The notes under the pieces were generated by a model. That model searched no databases. It had not been told where the DNA came from and was given only the letters and a program-made list of their open reading frames with translations. A stretch of DNA of 64,000 bases from the IMG/VR virus record IMGVR_UViG_3300044294_000233, one strand, 5' to 3'. Position 1 is the first letter of the stretch, and each line of letters begins with the position of its first letter. Positions 1 to 8,591 of this stretch are shown one piece after another. Position numbers and translations under genes: made by a program. The stretch comes from a virus. Its lineage: Duplodnaviria > Heunggongvirae > Uroviricota > Caudoviricetes.

Positions 1-470
1 TGATTGTGGTCGGGATGTTATGGTACACGGTGATCGTAGTCGGGATGTTTGAAATAACCTCGATCACTGACGGAACGTCATCGGTCACCTCGATCACCGA
101 TGGGATGTCGTCGTACACGTCAATTGACGTGGGGATCTCAACGCCTTCTATGGTAATCACCGTGGGGATCACGCCCGCTTCGACCGTGATGACCGTTGGG
201 ATTACGCCGCCTTCGATCACAATGGCCGTGGGGATTTCCGGCCCGGTGATTGTGATCTCACTGGGTAGGTCTACGCCCCCGATGATTACGATCTCGCTCG
301 GAATGCTGATCGGCCCGAATTCGATCAGACTCGGAATGTTGATTGCCGGCTCGAACGTCACAATTGACGGAATGTCAATCGGCCCGATGGGACTGACGTT
401 GACGCACGGGATCACCAGAGGCGGGAATCCGATCTGTACCGTGGGCGGATTGATTTCGGGCAAGATCAAC
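1..470 (-). repeat. In-frame tandem DNA repeats of about 24 nt encoding the octapeptide repeats (V/I)IP(T/S)xIxV.
   Basis: The motif gatcac...ggggat recurs at 24-nt spacing. The translation reads ...GVIPTVITVEAGVIPTVITIEGVEIPTSIDVYDDIPSVIEVTDDVPSVIEV... Confidence 0.55.
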
Positions 471-1264
471 GGCGGGATGTCCGGCACTTCGCACACCGGC
501 ACGAAGAACTCCGTGATCGTGTTGATTTCGGCCGGTTCGGTCGGAGTCAAACGCACCGGCGGCGTCTGTGCGACGGTACACCTGTTGTTGCTCACTGTGA
601 CAACAGGGTCGATGATGGTGTTCGGAGCGTAGGTGTGCGTGCCTGACAGCAAGCTTTCGGTAAAACTCCCGTCACCGAAGTCGAGTCGGTAGCTGTTGTA
701 GTCTCCGGTCAGTTGGACGGTGAAGTTCACTACCGTACCGCTCGCGGGGTCGGTAGAAATTGTTACAAAGGTGAACACCACGTCAACGCACGAGAAGTCG
801 TCAAACAGGACGTTCTGTGCCTGGAGGTTTCGGATGCGCCAGTCGAGTGTCGATTGGTCTTCCGTAAAGTTGGTCCCGACGAACTGTTCGATGCGAAGGG
901 TCGCTTCCACCAACTGGTTGTGGTGTTCGGCCATCACGAAGCCACGCACGTCGGTCCCGGCCAAGTTGAACTGGGTGTGTACGCCGCCCAAGTTCCTGAC
1001 GCAATTCTTCAACGTCTTGACTTTGTCGTTGTCGTCAAGTTCGACGGAATCGTAGTAAAGAATCTCCCCCGAAATGGTGGCGAACCCGTTGTCCGGCCAG
1101 ATCTCGTCGGCGTCGGCAGCGACGGGCGCAATGGGAACCGTGTCCGACCACGCTTGGTTGTCGGCGGTGAGCCGGCTCTCCGTCGTGTTGTTCACGAGGA
1201 ATAGCGTCCCGTTGCTGTCAATCGCGAAGGGGAAAACGGGCTGTGGTGGAAATCCTTGTGGCAC
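1..1264 (-). CDS. Tail fibre / receptor-binding-like protein, partial (the 3' end runs off the window). It has a PKD-like domain and a C-terminal array of IPxxIxV octapeptide repeats.
   Basis: The minus strand is open from a GTG start at 1262-1264 with an AGAGG ribosome-binding site 4 nt upstream. The ORF track omits it, probably because it is truncated. The translation contains HHNQLVEATLRIEQF and LDFGDGSFTE, which are paralogous to the two upstream fibre genes. The plus-strand ORFs 6..632 and 713..1204 are its antisense. Confidence 0.6.
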   Translation of the reverse strand, partial: MPQGFPPQPVFPFAIDSNGTLFLVNNTTESRLTADNQAWSDTVPIAPVAADADEIWPDNGFATISGEILYYDSVELDDNDKVKTLKNCVRNLGGVHTQFNLAGTDVRGFVMAEHHNQLVEATLRIEQFVGTNFTEDQSTLDWRIRNLQAQNVLFDDFSCVDVVFTFVTISTDPASGTVVNFTVQLTGDYNSYRLDFGDGSFTESLLSGTHTYAPNTIIDPVVTVSNNRCTVAQTPPVRLTPTEPAEINTITEFFVPVCEVPDIPPLILPEINPPTVQIGFPPLVIPCVNVSPIGPIDIPSIVTFEPAINIPSLIEFGPISIPSEIVIIGGVDLPSEITITGPEIPTAIVIEGGVIPTVITVEAGVIPTVITIEGVEIPTSIDVYDDIPSVIEVTDDVPSVIEVISNIPTTITVYHNIPTTI

Positions 1265-1411
1265 AGAACCTCTTTACTTTTTTCGATTACCAGCACAGTA
1301 GTTTGGGGTTTGACTGTGGCAGTTGGGGCAAATGAATTTCAAGTTGTAAGGCTCATTGTTGAACCAGTCACCATCTTCGTGATGAACTTGTAACCTGATT
1401 TTCTTATTTAA

Positions 1412-3676
1412 TCAGTAAACACTCATTTGCCATTGCTCGCCGCTCGGCCTCGGATTCAGCGAGGTGAACGTGGTAGTTACTGCGTTGAACGTCATGAACG
1501 CTTTCGTGCTGTAGTCGTAACTCAAATAAGCTACGTTGTCGCCGTCCGAAGTCGCCAGAAGCGTGTTCTCGTCGGAATCGAAGTTGATCACAGTCGAGTC
1601 TTGCAACGCGCGGAACTGCGAGATGTTGGTGCCGGTGTTCGTTTGCCACACGCTCGTCGCGGCGTTGAACACGCTCAACTGCCCGGTGTTGTTGAAGAAG
1701 AACAGGCCGGGCGTCAACGACACCAACTGCCCTTCCAACTTCGCCGGCCCCGCCATCGGCGGCAGTTTGGTGATGTTCTTGAACTCGATACCGCCGACCT
1801 CTTCGGTCTTGTAGAAGTCCCTGATTCTGAAGAACGCCCCGACGCCGTCGTTCCTCAAAAAGAACCCGTTGTCCTCGTGCCAAGCTGAGCGGTAAACGCT
1901 GAAATCGCCGTCCACCGCGACACCGCCGCCGTCGTAGTTGGCCTTGTTGTTCATCAACTCGTCCGAGCCGTTGTCGTAGTTGCTCGTCGTCAGGTAATCC
2001 ACCGCGTAGTCCAGTGTCGCCAACGACATGGAGATCCGCGATTGATTGGTCGGCGAGGTGAACGGCGGGTAAGACGGCATAGTGCCGAGGATGAAGTACA
2101 AGTTGTTCAGCGAGTTGAATGCGACCCAGTTCCACTGTCTCGCAATCGAATCTTGAACGATGTATGTATCGGTGAACCCCGTGTATTGCATCAGGTTGAT
2201 TTGTTCCGAACCCACCGGGTCGGATGCGTTTCTGCCACTCGCCCAGTACAGCAGTCCCTGCCCCTGGCTGCCGGACTGCTGTGTGCCTATCGGGGCGAAC
2301 CCGTTGTTGCGTCGGAACTCGAACTTCTGTTTGTCTTCGTTCGCCACCCCGTTCAAAAAGTTGTTGTTCAACCCGATGGGGACCGAAATGCCGCTCTTGG
2401 TTTTGAACGTTTCGCTCAACAGGCCGAACTCGTATGACTTGATCGTCGTGCCGGTGCCGAACGTCCACAGCCACAGGTTCGTCTTCTCGATGATGTCGAA
2501 GCTGTTCTTGTAGCTGGTAATGCGGTACGCGCCGAAGGACGTGTCCACACGCAGCACCATGTCGTACATCCCGCCGATACCGAAGATCGCCTTCGTGTTC
2601 CGGCTGTTGCTGTGCAACTGGTCGTCGGGGATGTCCCATGTGTATTCCACAATCGGGTCAATCGGGAACCCCGACCCGTTCACGGCTTCGCCCGAATAGG
2701 TGCGGCCGGTTGACGGGTTAACGCCCGACTGAATTTCAATGTTGATGATTGAGTTCGTGACGGCGCGGATCACCGGCGTGGTTACGAACGGCCCGCCCAC
2801 CGGGTATCCCGGCGTCAGAATCTGGCCCGTCGCCGGGATGTATTCGACAATAGCGGGATCTGGGGCCGCGATCCGTGCCGTGATCAAGCCGGGGAACACC
2901 ACCGTGTCGGAGCAGAAGTCGTTGGTGGCTTTCAAGGACACGTCGTACACGCCCGGCGTCGTGTAGGTCTTCGATATGACACCGCCCGTCTCGTTGTCAA
3001 CCAAGACGTTCACCACGTTGACAGGCACCTCGCTGACAACCTCGATGATCGAGATTTGTGACGCCGTGTTGTCGCCGAAGTTCCACTCGAAAACCACGTT
3101 GCCCGCGTTCCCGTCCGTACCCAGGCGGAAACACAGGTTCGTGAACTCGACCTCGAACGGGACCAACCCGATAGTTTTGTTGACCGAGAACCACGCCTTC
3201 GGACAGAGTACGATCCTTCTCAAGAAGTTGATTCGGCCTTCCATCGTTGGCCCGAACGGTTCGTCGTCTTCCGTCCCTTTGACTCCGATGAACTCTTCGA
3301 TGGCGATTAACGCATCTTTGAGATGGTTGTGGTGCTTGTCCATCACGTTCATTGTGACGTTCGTGATGTTCGCGGGCTTCACGCCGTCAGTGAACTCTGG
3401 CAGGATTTCGATGCCGTCGAACGTGGTGTCGGTGTGGCTGCTGTAGAAGAACGAGATCGCTCGTTCTTCCGCCTCGCTGCACTGTTCCGTAAGCGTGATC
3501 AAACCGCTCGGAGGGAAGTTGTTCATCATCAGGTCGTTCTTGTGAACGGTGATGCTGGTGTCTCCGGGGTTGTAATCAGCGGCCAAAACGAGGCGCAACC
3601 CGTCGTGAACGAGAAACAGGTTTCTGTTTCCGTCGAACGAAGTGGGGAACAAACTTGCGGTTGGGATAGCCATCAA
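1412..3676 (-). CDS. Large tail fibre / receptor-binding paralog of 754 aa with a PKD-like domain.
   Basis: Its N-terminal module (FPTSFDGNRNLFLV, HHNHLKDALIAIEEF, FEWNFGDNTASQ...YDVSLKATNDFC) is shared with the genes at 1..1264 and 3673..4683. The C-terminus is long and divergent. Confidence 0.6.
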   Translation of the reverse strand: MMAIPTASLFPTSFDGNRNLFLVHDGLRLVLAADYNPGDTSITVHKNDLMMNNFPPSGLITLTEQCSEAEERAISFFYSSHTDTTFDGIEILPEFTDGVKPANITNVTMNVMDKHHNHLKDALIAIEEFIGVKGTEDDEPFGPTMEGRINFLRRIVLCPKAWFSVNKTIGLVPFEVEFTNLCFRLGTDGNAGNVVFEWNFGDNTASQISIIEVVSEVPVNVVNVLVDNETGGVISKTYTTPGVYDVSLKATNDFCSDTVVFPGLITARIAAPDPAIVEYIPATGQILTPGYPVGGPFVTTPVIRAVTNSIINIEIQSGVNPSTGRTYSGEAVNGSGFPIDPIVEYTWDIPDDQLHSNSRNTKAIFGIGGMYDMVLRVDTSFGAYRITSYKNSFDIIEKTNLWLWTFGTGTTIKSYEFGLLSETFKTKSGISVPIGLNNNFLNGVANEDKQKFEFRRNNGFAPIGTQQSGSQGQGLLYWASGRNASDPVGSEQINLMQYTGFTDTYIVQDSIARQWNWVAFNSLNNLYFILGTMPSYPPFTSPTNQSRISMSLATLDYAVDYLTTSNYDNGSDELMNNKANYDGGGVAVDGDFSVYRSAWHEDNGFFLRNDGVGAFFRIRDFYKTEEVGGIEFKNITKLPPMAGPAKLEGQLVSLTPGLFFFNNTGQLSVFNAATSVWQTNTGTNISQFRALQDSTVINFDSDENTLLATSDGDNVAYLSYDYSTKAFMTFNAVTTTFTSLNPRPSGEQWQMSVY

Positions 3677-4683
3677 AACACCGTGATTTTCTGTGACAGG
3701 AACACCCGCTTCAAAGTCTGGTCGGCGAAGATGACCATCAGGGAAGGAGAATAGGTTCCGGGTTTGGCGTATGAGTAATCCGCCGTGTGTACGTTGGGGT
3801 CGGTCACGTTGAGGTTGTTGCCGTCGCCGAAGATCCAGTACCGTTCGGACACCTCGCCATCGGTCTGGTCCACGAAGCTGAACGTCGTCGGCGATCCGGG
3901 GTTGGTTTCTATACTGTCGCCCTGCAACGGCAGGACATAGAAGAACGGTGTCTTCTGGTCCTTGTTGACAGTGACGTAGTTCTTCTTGGTGACGACCCCC
4001 TGTGCGCCGGTGCCGGTAATGATGTTCAACTTGACGGTGTACACGCCCTCGGCCAAATAGGTGTGGATCGGCGAGCGTTCGACCGATGTCGTGCCGTCAC
4101 CGAAGTCCCACAGGAACCGAACCGGGTTCCCGACCGTGAAGTTTTGGAACCGCACCTTCAGCGGCGGCGCACCACGGATCGGAAAACCACGGAACAACGG
4201 CTTCGGGGCCAAGAATCGGTTTTCTTGTGCTTGGAGGATACCGTTCAAGCTGAATTCGTTCGGGAACTGAGACAGACCCAGGTCGCGTTCAATCTGCATG
4301 ATCGCGTCCTTGATCGCGTTGTGGTGTTCCGCCGCCACGCCACTGGTGATCGGCGAACCCTGCGGCCAGTAGGTCTGTTTCGTTTTGGCGAACCCGCGAA
4401 TGAGTTTGCTGAACGAGGTGGCAGTTTTCGCCCCGTACCAGACCAACTCGCCAAGCCCCGGATCGCCGGGGTTCTTGCCGATGTGCAAGATGCCGGTGTC
4501 GGGGAACAGGGACGTGTCCTGCACGATCATGAACTTCGAGTTGAACGTAACGCTCTGCCGAAGTGATGTGATCGCCGCGTTCCGGGCTTCGTAAAGCGAG
4601 ATCCACGAGTCGAGGGTGGTCGGGAACGTCGAAAGGTCGCCTGTCGAGTAGTTCGAGTCGAGGGTCGAAATCTGATCAGCCAT
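3673..4683 (-). CDS. Short tail fibre / receptor-binding paralog of 336 aa with a PKD-like domain.
   Basis: It carries HHNAIKDAIMQIERDLG and VRFLWDFGDGTTSV...VYTVKLNII (a PKD-like WxFGDG motif). It overlaps the neighbouring genes by 4-8 nt, consistent with an operon. Confidence 0.6.
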   Translation of the reverse strand: MADQISTLDSNYSTGDLSTFPTTLDSWISLYEARNAAITSLRQSVTFNSKFMIVQDTSLFPDTGILHIGKNPGDPGLGELVWYGAKTATSFSKLIRGFAKTKQTYWPQGSPITSGVAAEHHNAIKDAIMQIERDLGLSQFPNEFSLNGILQAQENRFLAPKPLFRGFPIRGAPPLKVRFQNFTVGNPVRFLWDFGDGTTSVERSPIHTYLAEGVYTVKLNIITGTGAQGVVTKKNYVTVNKDQKTPFFYVLPLQGDSIETNPGSPTTFSFVDQTDGEVSERYWIFGDGNNLNVTDPNVHTADYSYAKPGTYSPSLMVIFADQTLKRVFLSQKITVF

Positions 4684-5407
4684 TCAGGGCCACCTTCATT
4701 TGAGCAAGCTGTTTCTTTTCCATCAGTCGTTTCGCTTCCAAAATCTCTTGCTGCCGATTCAGGATGCCGAACATTTCTTGTTTCACGACGGTTTCGTCTG
4801 GCAGCGACAGGATCGCTTTCGCCAGTTCCCCGTCCACCCGGCCGTCGAGCATAAACTTCATGTTCATCTCGTTGGAGAACCGCGTCGTCCAGTATTCCTT
4901 CTGGGCGTTGAAGTCGTCGTACTCGATGACTTTTTGGTTCTTGGTCAGGTCCGCGAACGCCTGCAAGAAGAACGCCGCTTCTTCCTCTGTGTCTTTTTGG
5001 CGGGCGTCCAAGTCTTTCAGCGCCTTCTTCATCGACTTGAGCTTTCGCTCGGACTGCCGGATCTTGATTTCACGCCGCTTCAAAGTCAGTTCGTCTTCTT
5101 CCGGCACGTCGATGCCGAACGCTCCCTTCCGGGGGTTTTTCAGCCGTTCGATGTCGATCTCGGCCAGTTCGATGCGGTCGTTGGTTTCGTCACGTTCCAA
5201 CTGGATGGCTTCGAGTGCGTCTCGGCGGGCCTTCATCTCACGGAGGCACTGCCAGATCTTGGCCTGCGGCGTCGGCTCCTTCCCGACGATGAAGTATTTA
5301 AGCTGAAAGTACGAATGCCTGCCCGTCAAAGGGTGTTTTTCCACCACGGCTTGCAGGTTTTCTAAGGTTGATTTTGATTCCACCGCAATGCTGTTCTCTG
5401 TTGACAT
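4676..5407 (-). CDS. Coiled-coil protein of 243 aa, the first gene of the fibre operon. It may be a fibre assembly or chaperone protein.
   Basis: The sequence is charged and heptad-rich (ELAEIDIERLKN...KRREIKIRQSERKLKSMKKALKDLDARQ). A divergent intergenic region lies upstream at 5408-5600. Confidence 0.45.
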   Translation of the reverse strand: MSTENSIAVESKSTLENLQAVVEKHPLTGRHSYFQLKYFIVGKEPTPQAKIWQCLREMKARRDALEAIQLERDETNDRIELAEIDIERLKNPRKGAFGIDVPEEDELTLKRREIKIRQSERKLKSMKKALKDLDARQKDTEEEAAFFLQAFADLTKNQKVIEYDDFNAQKEYWTTRFSNEMNMKFMLDGRVDGELAKAILSLPDETVVKQEMFGILNRQQEILEAKRLMEKKQLAQMKVALNG

Positions 5408-5600
5408 GCTCGCTCCGTTCGGATAATTTGACTTTGCGCCGAAAAACCGGCTACAACATAGTAGAGTTACCTTCTCCCAGAAGGGTCACGATCATGGACT
5501 TTCTCAAAGGCCAAGAGTGCTACCTCAGCGGCCCCCTCTTGCTACCTCTCTGGATTTGACGAGCCGTGGATGCTTGACTCCTTCAACTACAAGGTGAGAA

Positions 5601-6119
5601 ATGTCTAATTTCCTTAACGGTCAACTGGCATATTTGAGTGGTCCAATCGAACAGTGTTCCGCCAAAGCAAACTGGCGTCCCGAAGTCATCAAAACGCTCA
5701 CCGAACGCTACGGGATGAACGTCTTCGACCCTCACGCCGACCCCAAACAACAGTGGGCCGACGACTTGAAGAAGGCCCGTACCGAAAAAGACTACGCGAC
5801 GATGGCGAAGATCGCGCGTAAGTTCGTTCGCAAAGACCTTCAAGTGGTCCAGCGGTCTGACCTCGTCATCGCCTACCTGCCGTTCGGGGTTCCGACCACG
5901 GGCAGCCACCACGAGATCTTCCTCGCCAATCTACTCAAAAACCCCGTGCTGCTCGTCTGTCCGCAAGGCAAAGAGTATAATCCTCTGTGGTACTTTGGGT
6001 TCATCCCCGACGATCAGATGTTCGGGAGTTGGGACGAACTCTACCAGTACCTCGACAAAGTTCATAACGGCGAGATGAAGTACAACTACCGTTGGGACTT
6101 CATCTGCAACTTACTCTGA
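5601..6119 (+). CDS. Nucleoside 2-deoxyribosyltransferase-like protein (DNPH1/Rcl-like fold).
   Basis: AYLSGPIEQ at the N-terminus and TTGSHHEIFLANLLKNPVLLV match the family pattern YLAGP ... SxGTxxExGxAxxxxKP. Confidence 0.45.
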   Translation: MSNFLNGQLAYLSGPIEQCSAKANWRPEVIKTLTERYGMNVFDPHADPKQQWADDLKKARTEKDYATMAKIARKFVRKDLQVVQRSDLVIAYLPFGVPTTGSHHEIFLANLLKNPVLLVCPQGKEYNPLWYFGFIPDDQMFGSWDELYQYLDKVHNGEMKYNYRWDFICNLL

Positions 6120-6126
6120 GGCAGCA

Positions 6127-6747
6127 GTGTCAGACAAACCCTACTTCGGCGTGTGGCAGTATCTCGGCATCGTCAACGAAGGGACGCCGAAGGTTGCGGC
6201 CGAGGTGATGAACGTTTCCAACAAGAAAACGTGTACCGTCAACCACCGCCAGTTCGACAATATGGCGGTCGGCTCCTACTACACGCACGAAACGAAACAC
6301 TGGAAAGCGGTCCAGATCACCGAAGATCAAATTCCGGTCTTGCTCGAAGAACAACAACAAGCAATGGAAAAGATCGAGGCGGCTGCTCGGAAGAAGAAAG
6401 AAGACAACATCGCCACGGGGCGGTTCCAATACTTCTACACCGAGTACAACGGCGGCAAGGCCGAGAACATCATCGAGTTCCTCAGTGACAAAGTCGAGGA
6501 CTTCTGGAAGATCTTGGCCGACAACCTCAACAGCGGCCAACGCACTTGCGGACGCCCCCGTGAGAACCCGCTGACGGTCGATCAACTCAAGCAAGAAGAG
6601 AGAATGGTCAAGTTCATGTCGGTGGTGCAGCCGGGCGACAAGCTCGAATGGTACACTTGGAATGGCGGTTTCCTGGCGTTCTCTTCCGGCCCCTGCATTA
6701 CGCGGGACGGGGCGCAAATCGCCTACACGCCGTGGATGGCGTCCTAG
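6127..6747 (+). CDS. Hypothetical protein.
   Basis: Clean 206-aa ORF with balanced composition, immediately after the preceding gene. Confidence 0.45.
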   Translation: MSDKPYFGVWQYLGIVNEGTPKVAAEVMNVSNKKTCTVNHRQFDNMAVGSYYTHETKHWKAVQITEDQIPVLLEEQQQAMEKIEAAARKKKEDNIATGRFQYFYTEYNGGKAENIIEFLSDKVEDFWKILADNLNSGQRTCGRPRENPLTVDQLKQEERMVKFMSVVQPGDKLEWYTWNGGFLAFSSGPCITRDGAQIAYTPWMAS

Positions 6748-7202
6748 TATTCGTCTTCGGGCGTCCAGAGCCTCTTCTTCTGGATGTCTTCTGGCGAGAC
6801 GACGATGGCGGGTATTGTTTTGACGCCCGCCTTTTTGTACGCCCAGTACCTGTGATGCCCGTCAATGATCTGATATTTGAAACGCGAGTTCGGAACCCCT
6901 CCGACCGACAGCATTTTGTTCCCGTCCCACCTCGGATTTGACTTCCCCTTCAGTTTCACTTCGCGGACGTAAACCGGCGGCATCTTCTCGCCGGCCTTGA
7001 TGCCAGCAAGGATCTTCTGCATGTTTTCCCGGCTGGCCGGGAGGTCCATTTTGGAGGCCCGCTCGTAGTTTATGATGCTGTCGATGTCCAGCATTTGAAC
7101 AGGCTCGTCGGCGAACGTGTCGTCCACCATAGCGCCTTTCGACTGGGGGCTGGTATAGATCGTGACACGGGTCGTTTCGACCCACTGGGTGAACGTGAGC
7201 AT
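6744..7202 (-). CDS. ParB/Srx-like nuclease-domain protein.
   Basis: KYQIIDGHHRYWAYKKAGVKTIPAIVV matches the ParB N-terminal domain motif (DGxHR ... IP). Confidence 0.5.
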   Translation of the reverse strand: MLTFTQWVETTRVTIYTSPQSKGAMVDDTFADEPVQMLDIDSIINYERASKMDLPASRENMQKILAGIKAGEKMPPVYVREVKLKGKSNPRWDGNKMLSVGGVPNSRFKYQIIDGHHRYWAYKKAGVKTIPAIVVSPEDIQKKRLWTPEDEY

Positions 7203-7215
7203 GAGCTATTTATGC

Positions 7216-7764
7216 TCAACACATCCGACAACCGGCGACGGCTTTGAACTTGCAGTTCTTGCCGTGGGCTTCCAAGAACCACATCATCTTGCAGATTTCG
7301 AGCGGGTTGTCGTCGGCGAATTTGCCGACCTCTTTGAAGGTGTCCCGGTGAATGGTCAGGCCGTTCATCGGAGCGTCGAGGAAGTTGTGGAAACCAAAGA
7401 TGAGCGGGAAGAAGATGTCCAGACGGCTTTCCATGAAGGGCGAATACTTTTTGTCGAGTTGTTCTTTAACTCGAACCCCTGCCATCACTATTACGTTCCA
7501 TTCGGCCGGCGGCTTCGACATACCGGCGTTGATCAGCGAGGTCAGTGAACCCTTCCCCGTAATTGCTGACTTGTGAATGTGCTTGAAATCTGGAGGGGAA
7601 ACCATTTCGGTTTTGGCTCCAGGGTACGCGCGATCTATGCTGCTCAGGGTAGTGAGGGGCTTGTACGGGTCGGCGTCAAAACACAGGACAATGAATCCGA
7701 GGTCCATAGGCACCGGCCTGTAAGCCATTTTGTTGACGACTACAGGTGACGTGTCTTTTTTCAT
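7216..7764 (-). CDS. Family 2 glycosyltransferase (GT-A)-like protein.
   Basis: FIVLCFDADPY resembles the DxD motif. The C-terminal GLTIHRDTFKEVGKFADDNPLEICKMMWFLEAHG resembles the GT2 acceptor region (RRxxFExxGGFDE...ED). Confidence 0.4.
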   Translation of the reverse strand: MKKDTSPVVVNKMAYRPVPMDLGFIVLCFDADPYKPLTTLSSIDRAYPGAKTEMVSPPDFKHIHKSAITGKGSLTSLINAGMSKPPAEWNVIVMAGVRVKEQLDKKYSPFMESRLDIFFPLIFGFHNFLDAPMNGLTIHRDTFKEVGKFADDNPLEICKMMWFLEAHGKNCKFKAVAGCRMC

Positions 7765-7777
7765 CCACTAGCTCGCA

Positions 7778-8554
7778 TCAGGTGAGGGCAACGTCGAAAT
7801 CGACCCGGATCACATCGTCCAGAGTCAGCGGCGTCATGAGTACAAACTTGCCGGTCGTTTCGTCCCCGGTGAACCCCTGAAGTGTCCACGCTTCGGACAC
7901 CGTAGAGCCTGGGACGTACACATCGCCGTCGTCAAAAATCCTGACACCGTTGATCGCCACACGCAGACTGCCTGCGATGTAGTTCGGGTAGCCGATCTTA
8001 TAGTGCTGGAAGTCGGGCGTTCCGTCGTACTGCGGGGTGATCCCGTAGTAATGTTTGTGTGCCGAAGAGATCGGGAACGTCAGGTTGGCCTGAACCTTGT
8101 TCGGCGCGACCGTGTTCCACGTCACCCCGTCAGACGGGATGAATTCCACCGGCCCGGTGTCAAAACTGGTAATGACGGACGGCGTGTTGAATTCTAGCGT
8201 CATGTTGGTCGCCCCGTCAGCGATCAACGCCAATTTCTCACGCTCATCCAGCTTCATGCGGACGTATGCCACGGATTCGTAAGTCCCATCGGCGTGAGCG
8301 CCGATGTTGTGGAGCGTGCCGTCAACCGCCGAAACCCTCAAGCTGCCGTCGTCGTTCAAGCTCTGGCCGAGGCGTGCGCTGACCGTACCCTGACTTCCGA
8401 CCGCTTGTCGGAGAATGTCGGAGTTGATGTCAACGGCACTGTTGATCAACTGCATCCGCGTGATCAACGCCTTCAGCGGCAGGTTGTCGAAATCGACGTG
8501 GTACGGCTGGAGAGCTTGATACTGCGGTACTGGAATCAGGTCAATCTGTGGCAC
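7778..8554 (-). CDS. Hypothetical structural protein (fibre- or baseplate-associated?).
   Basis: 258-aa ORF rich in Thr, Gly and Asn and predicted beta-rich, lying inside the structural operon. Confidence 0.4.
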   Translation of the reverse strand: MPQIDLIPVPQYQALQPYHVDFDNLPLKALITRMQLINSAVDINSDILRQAVGSQGTVSARLGQSLNDDGSLRVSAVDGTLHNIGAHADGTYESVAYVRMKLDEREKLALIADGATNMTLEFNTPSVITSFDTGPVEFIPSDGVTWNTVAPNKVQANLTFPISSAHKHYYGITPQYDGTPDFQHYKIGYPNYIAGSLRVAINGVRIFDDGDVYVPGSTVSEAWTLQGFTGDETTGKFVLMTPLTLDDVIRVDFDVALT

Positions 8555-8591
8555 GGTCCTCCTCGGCGGGTTACTTTATCTACGGTTCAGA

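Noticed and set aside
6-1204. Plus-strand ORFs 6..632 (208 aa) and 713..1204 (163 aa).
   Set aside because: They are antisense to the GTG-initiated minus-strand fibre gene at 1..1264. Their translations are Gly/Ile/Thr low-complexity mirror images of the IPxxI repeats, and the real gene carries the PKD-like and HHN motifs shared with its paralogs.
3787-4566. 259-aa plus-strand ORF and other Arg/Val/Leu-rich ORFs antisense to the structural genes (for example 12060..12674, 12813..13466, 13578..14363, 15468..16166 and 26711..28174).
   Set aside because: Their high Arg/Leu/Val/His content is typical of antisense frames in GC-rich coding DNA. The opposite strand carries recognisable baseplate and tape-measure homologs.
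5408-5600. Possible tRNA or small RNA in the 193-bp divergent intergenic region.
   Set aside because: No cloverleaf-compatible arms or conserved T-loop GTTC motif could be identified by eye. The region is more likely a bidirectional promoter.
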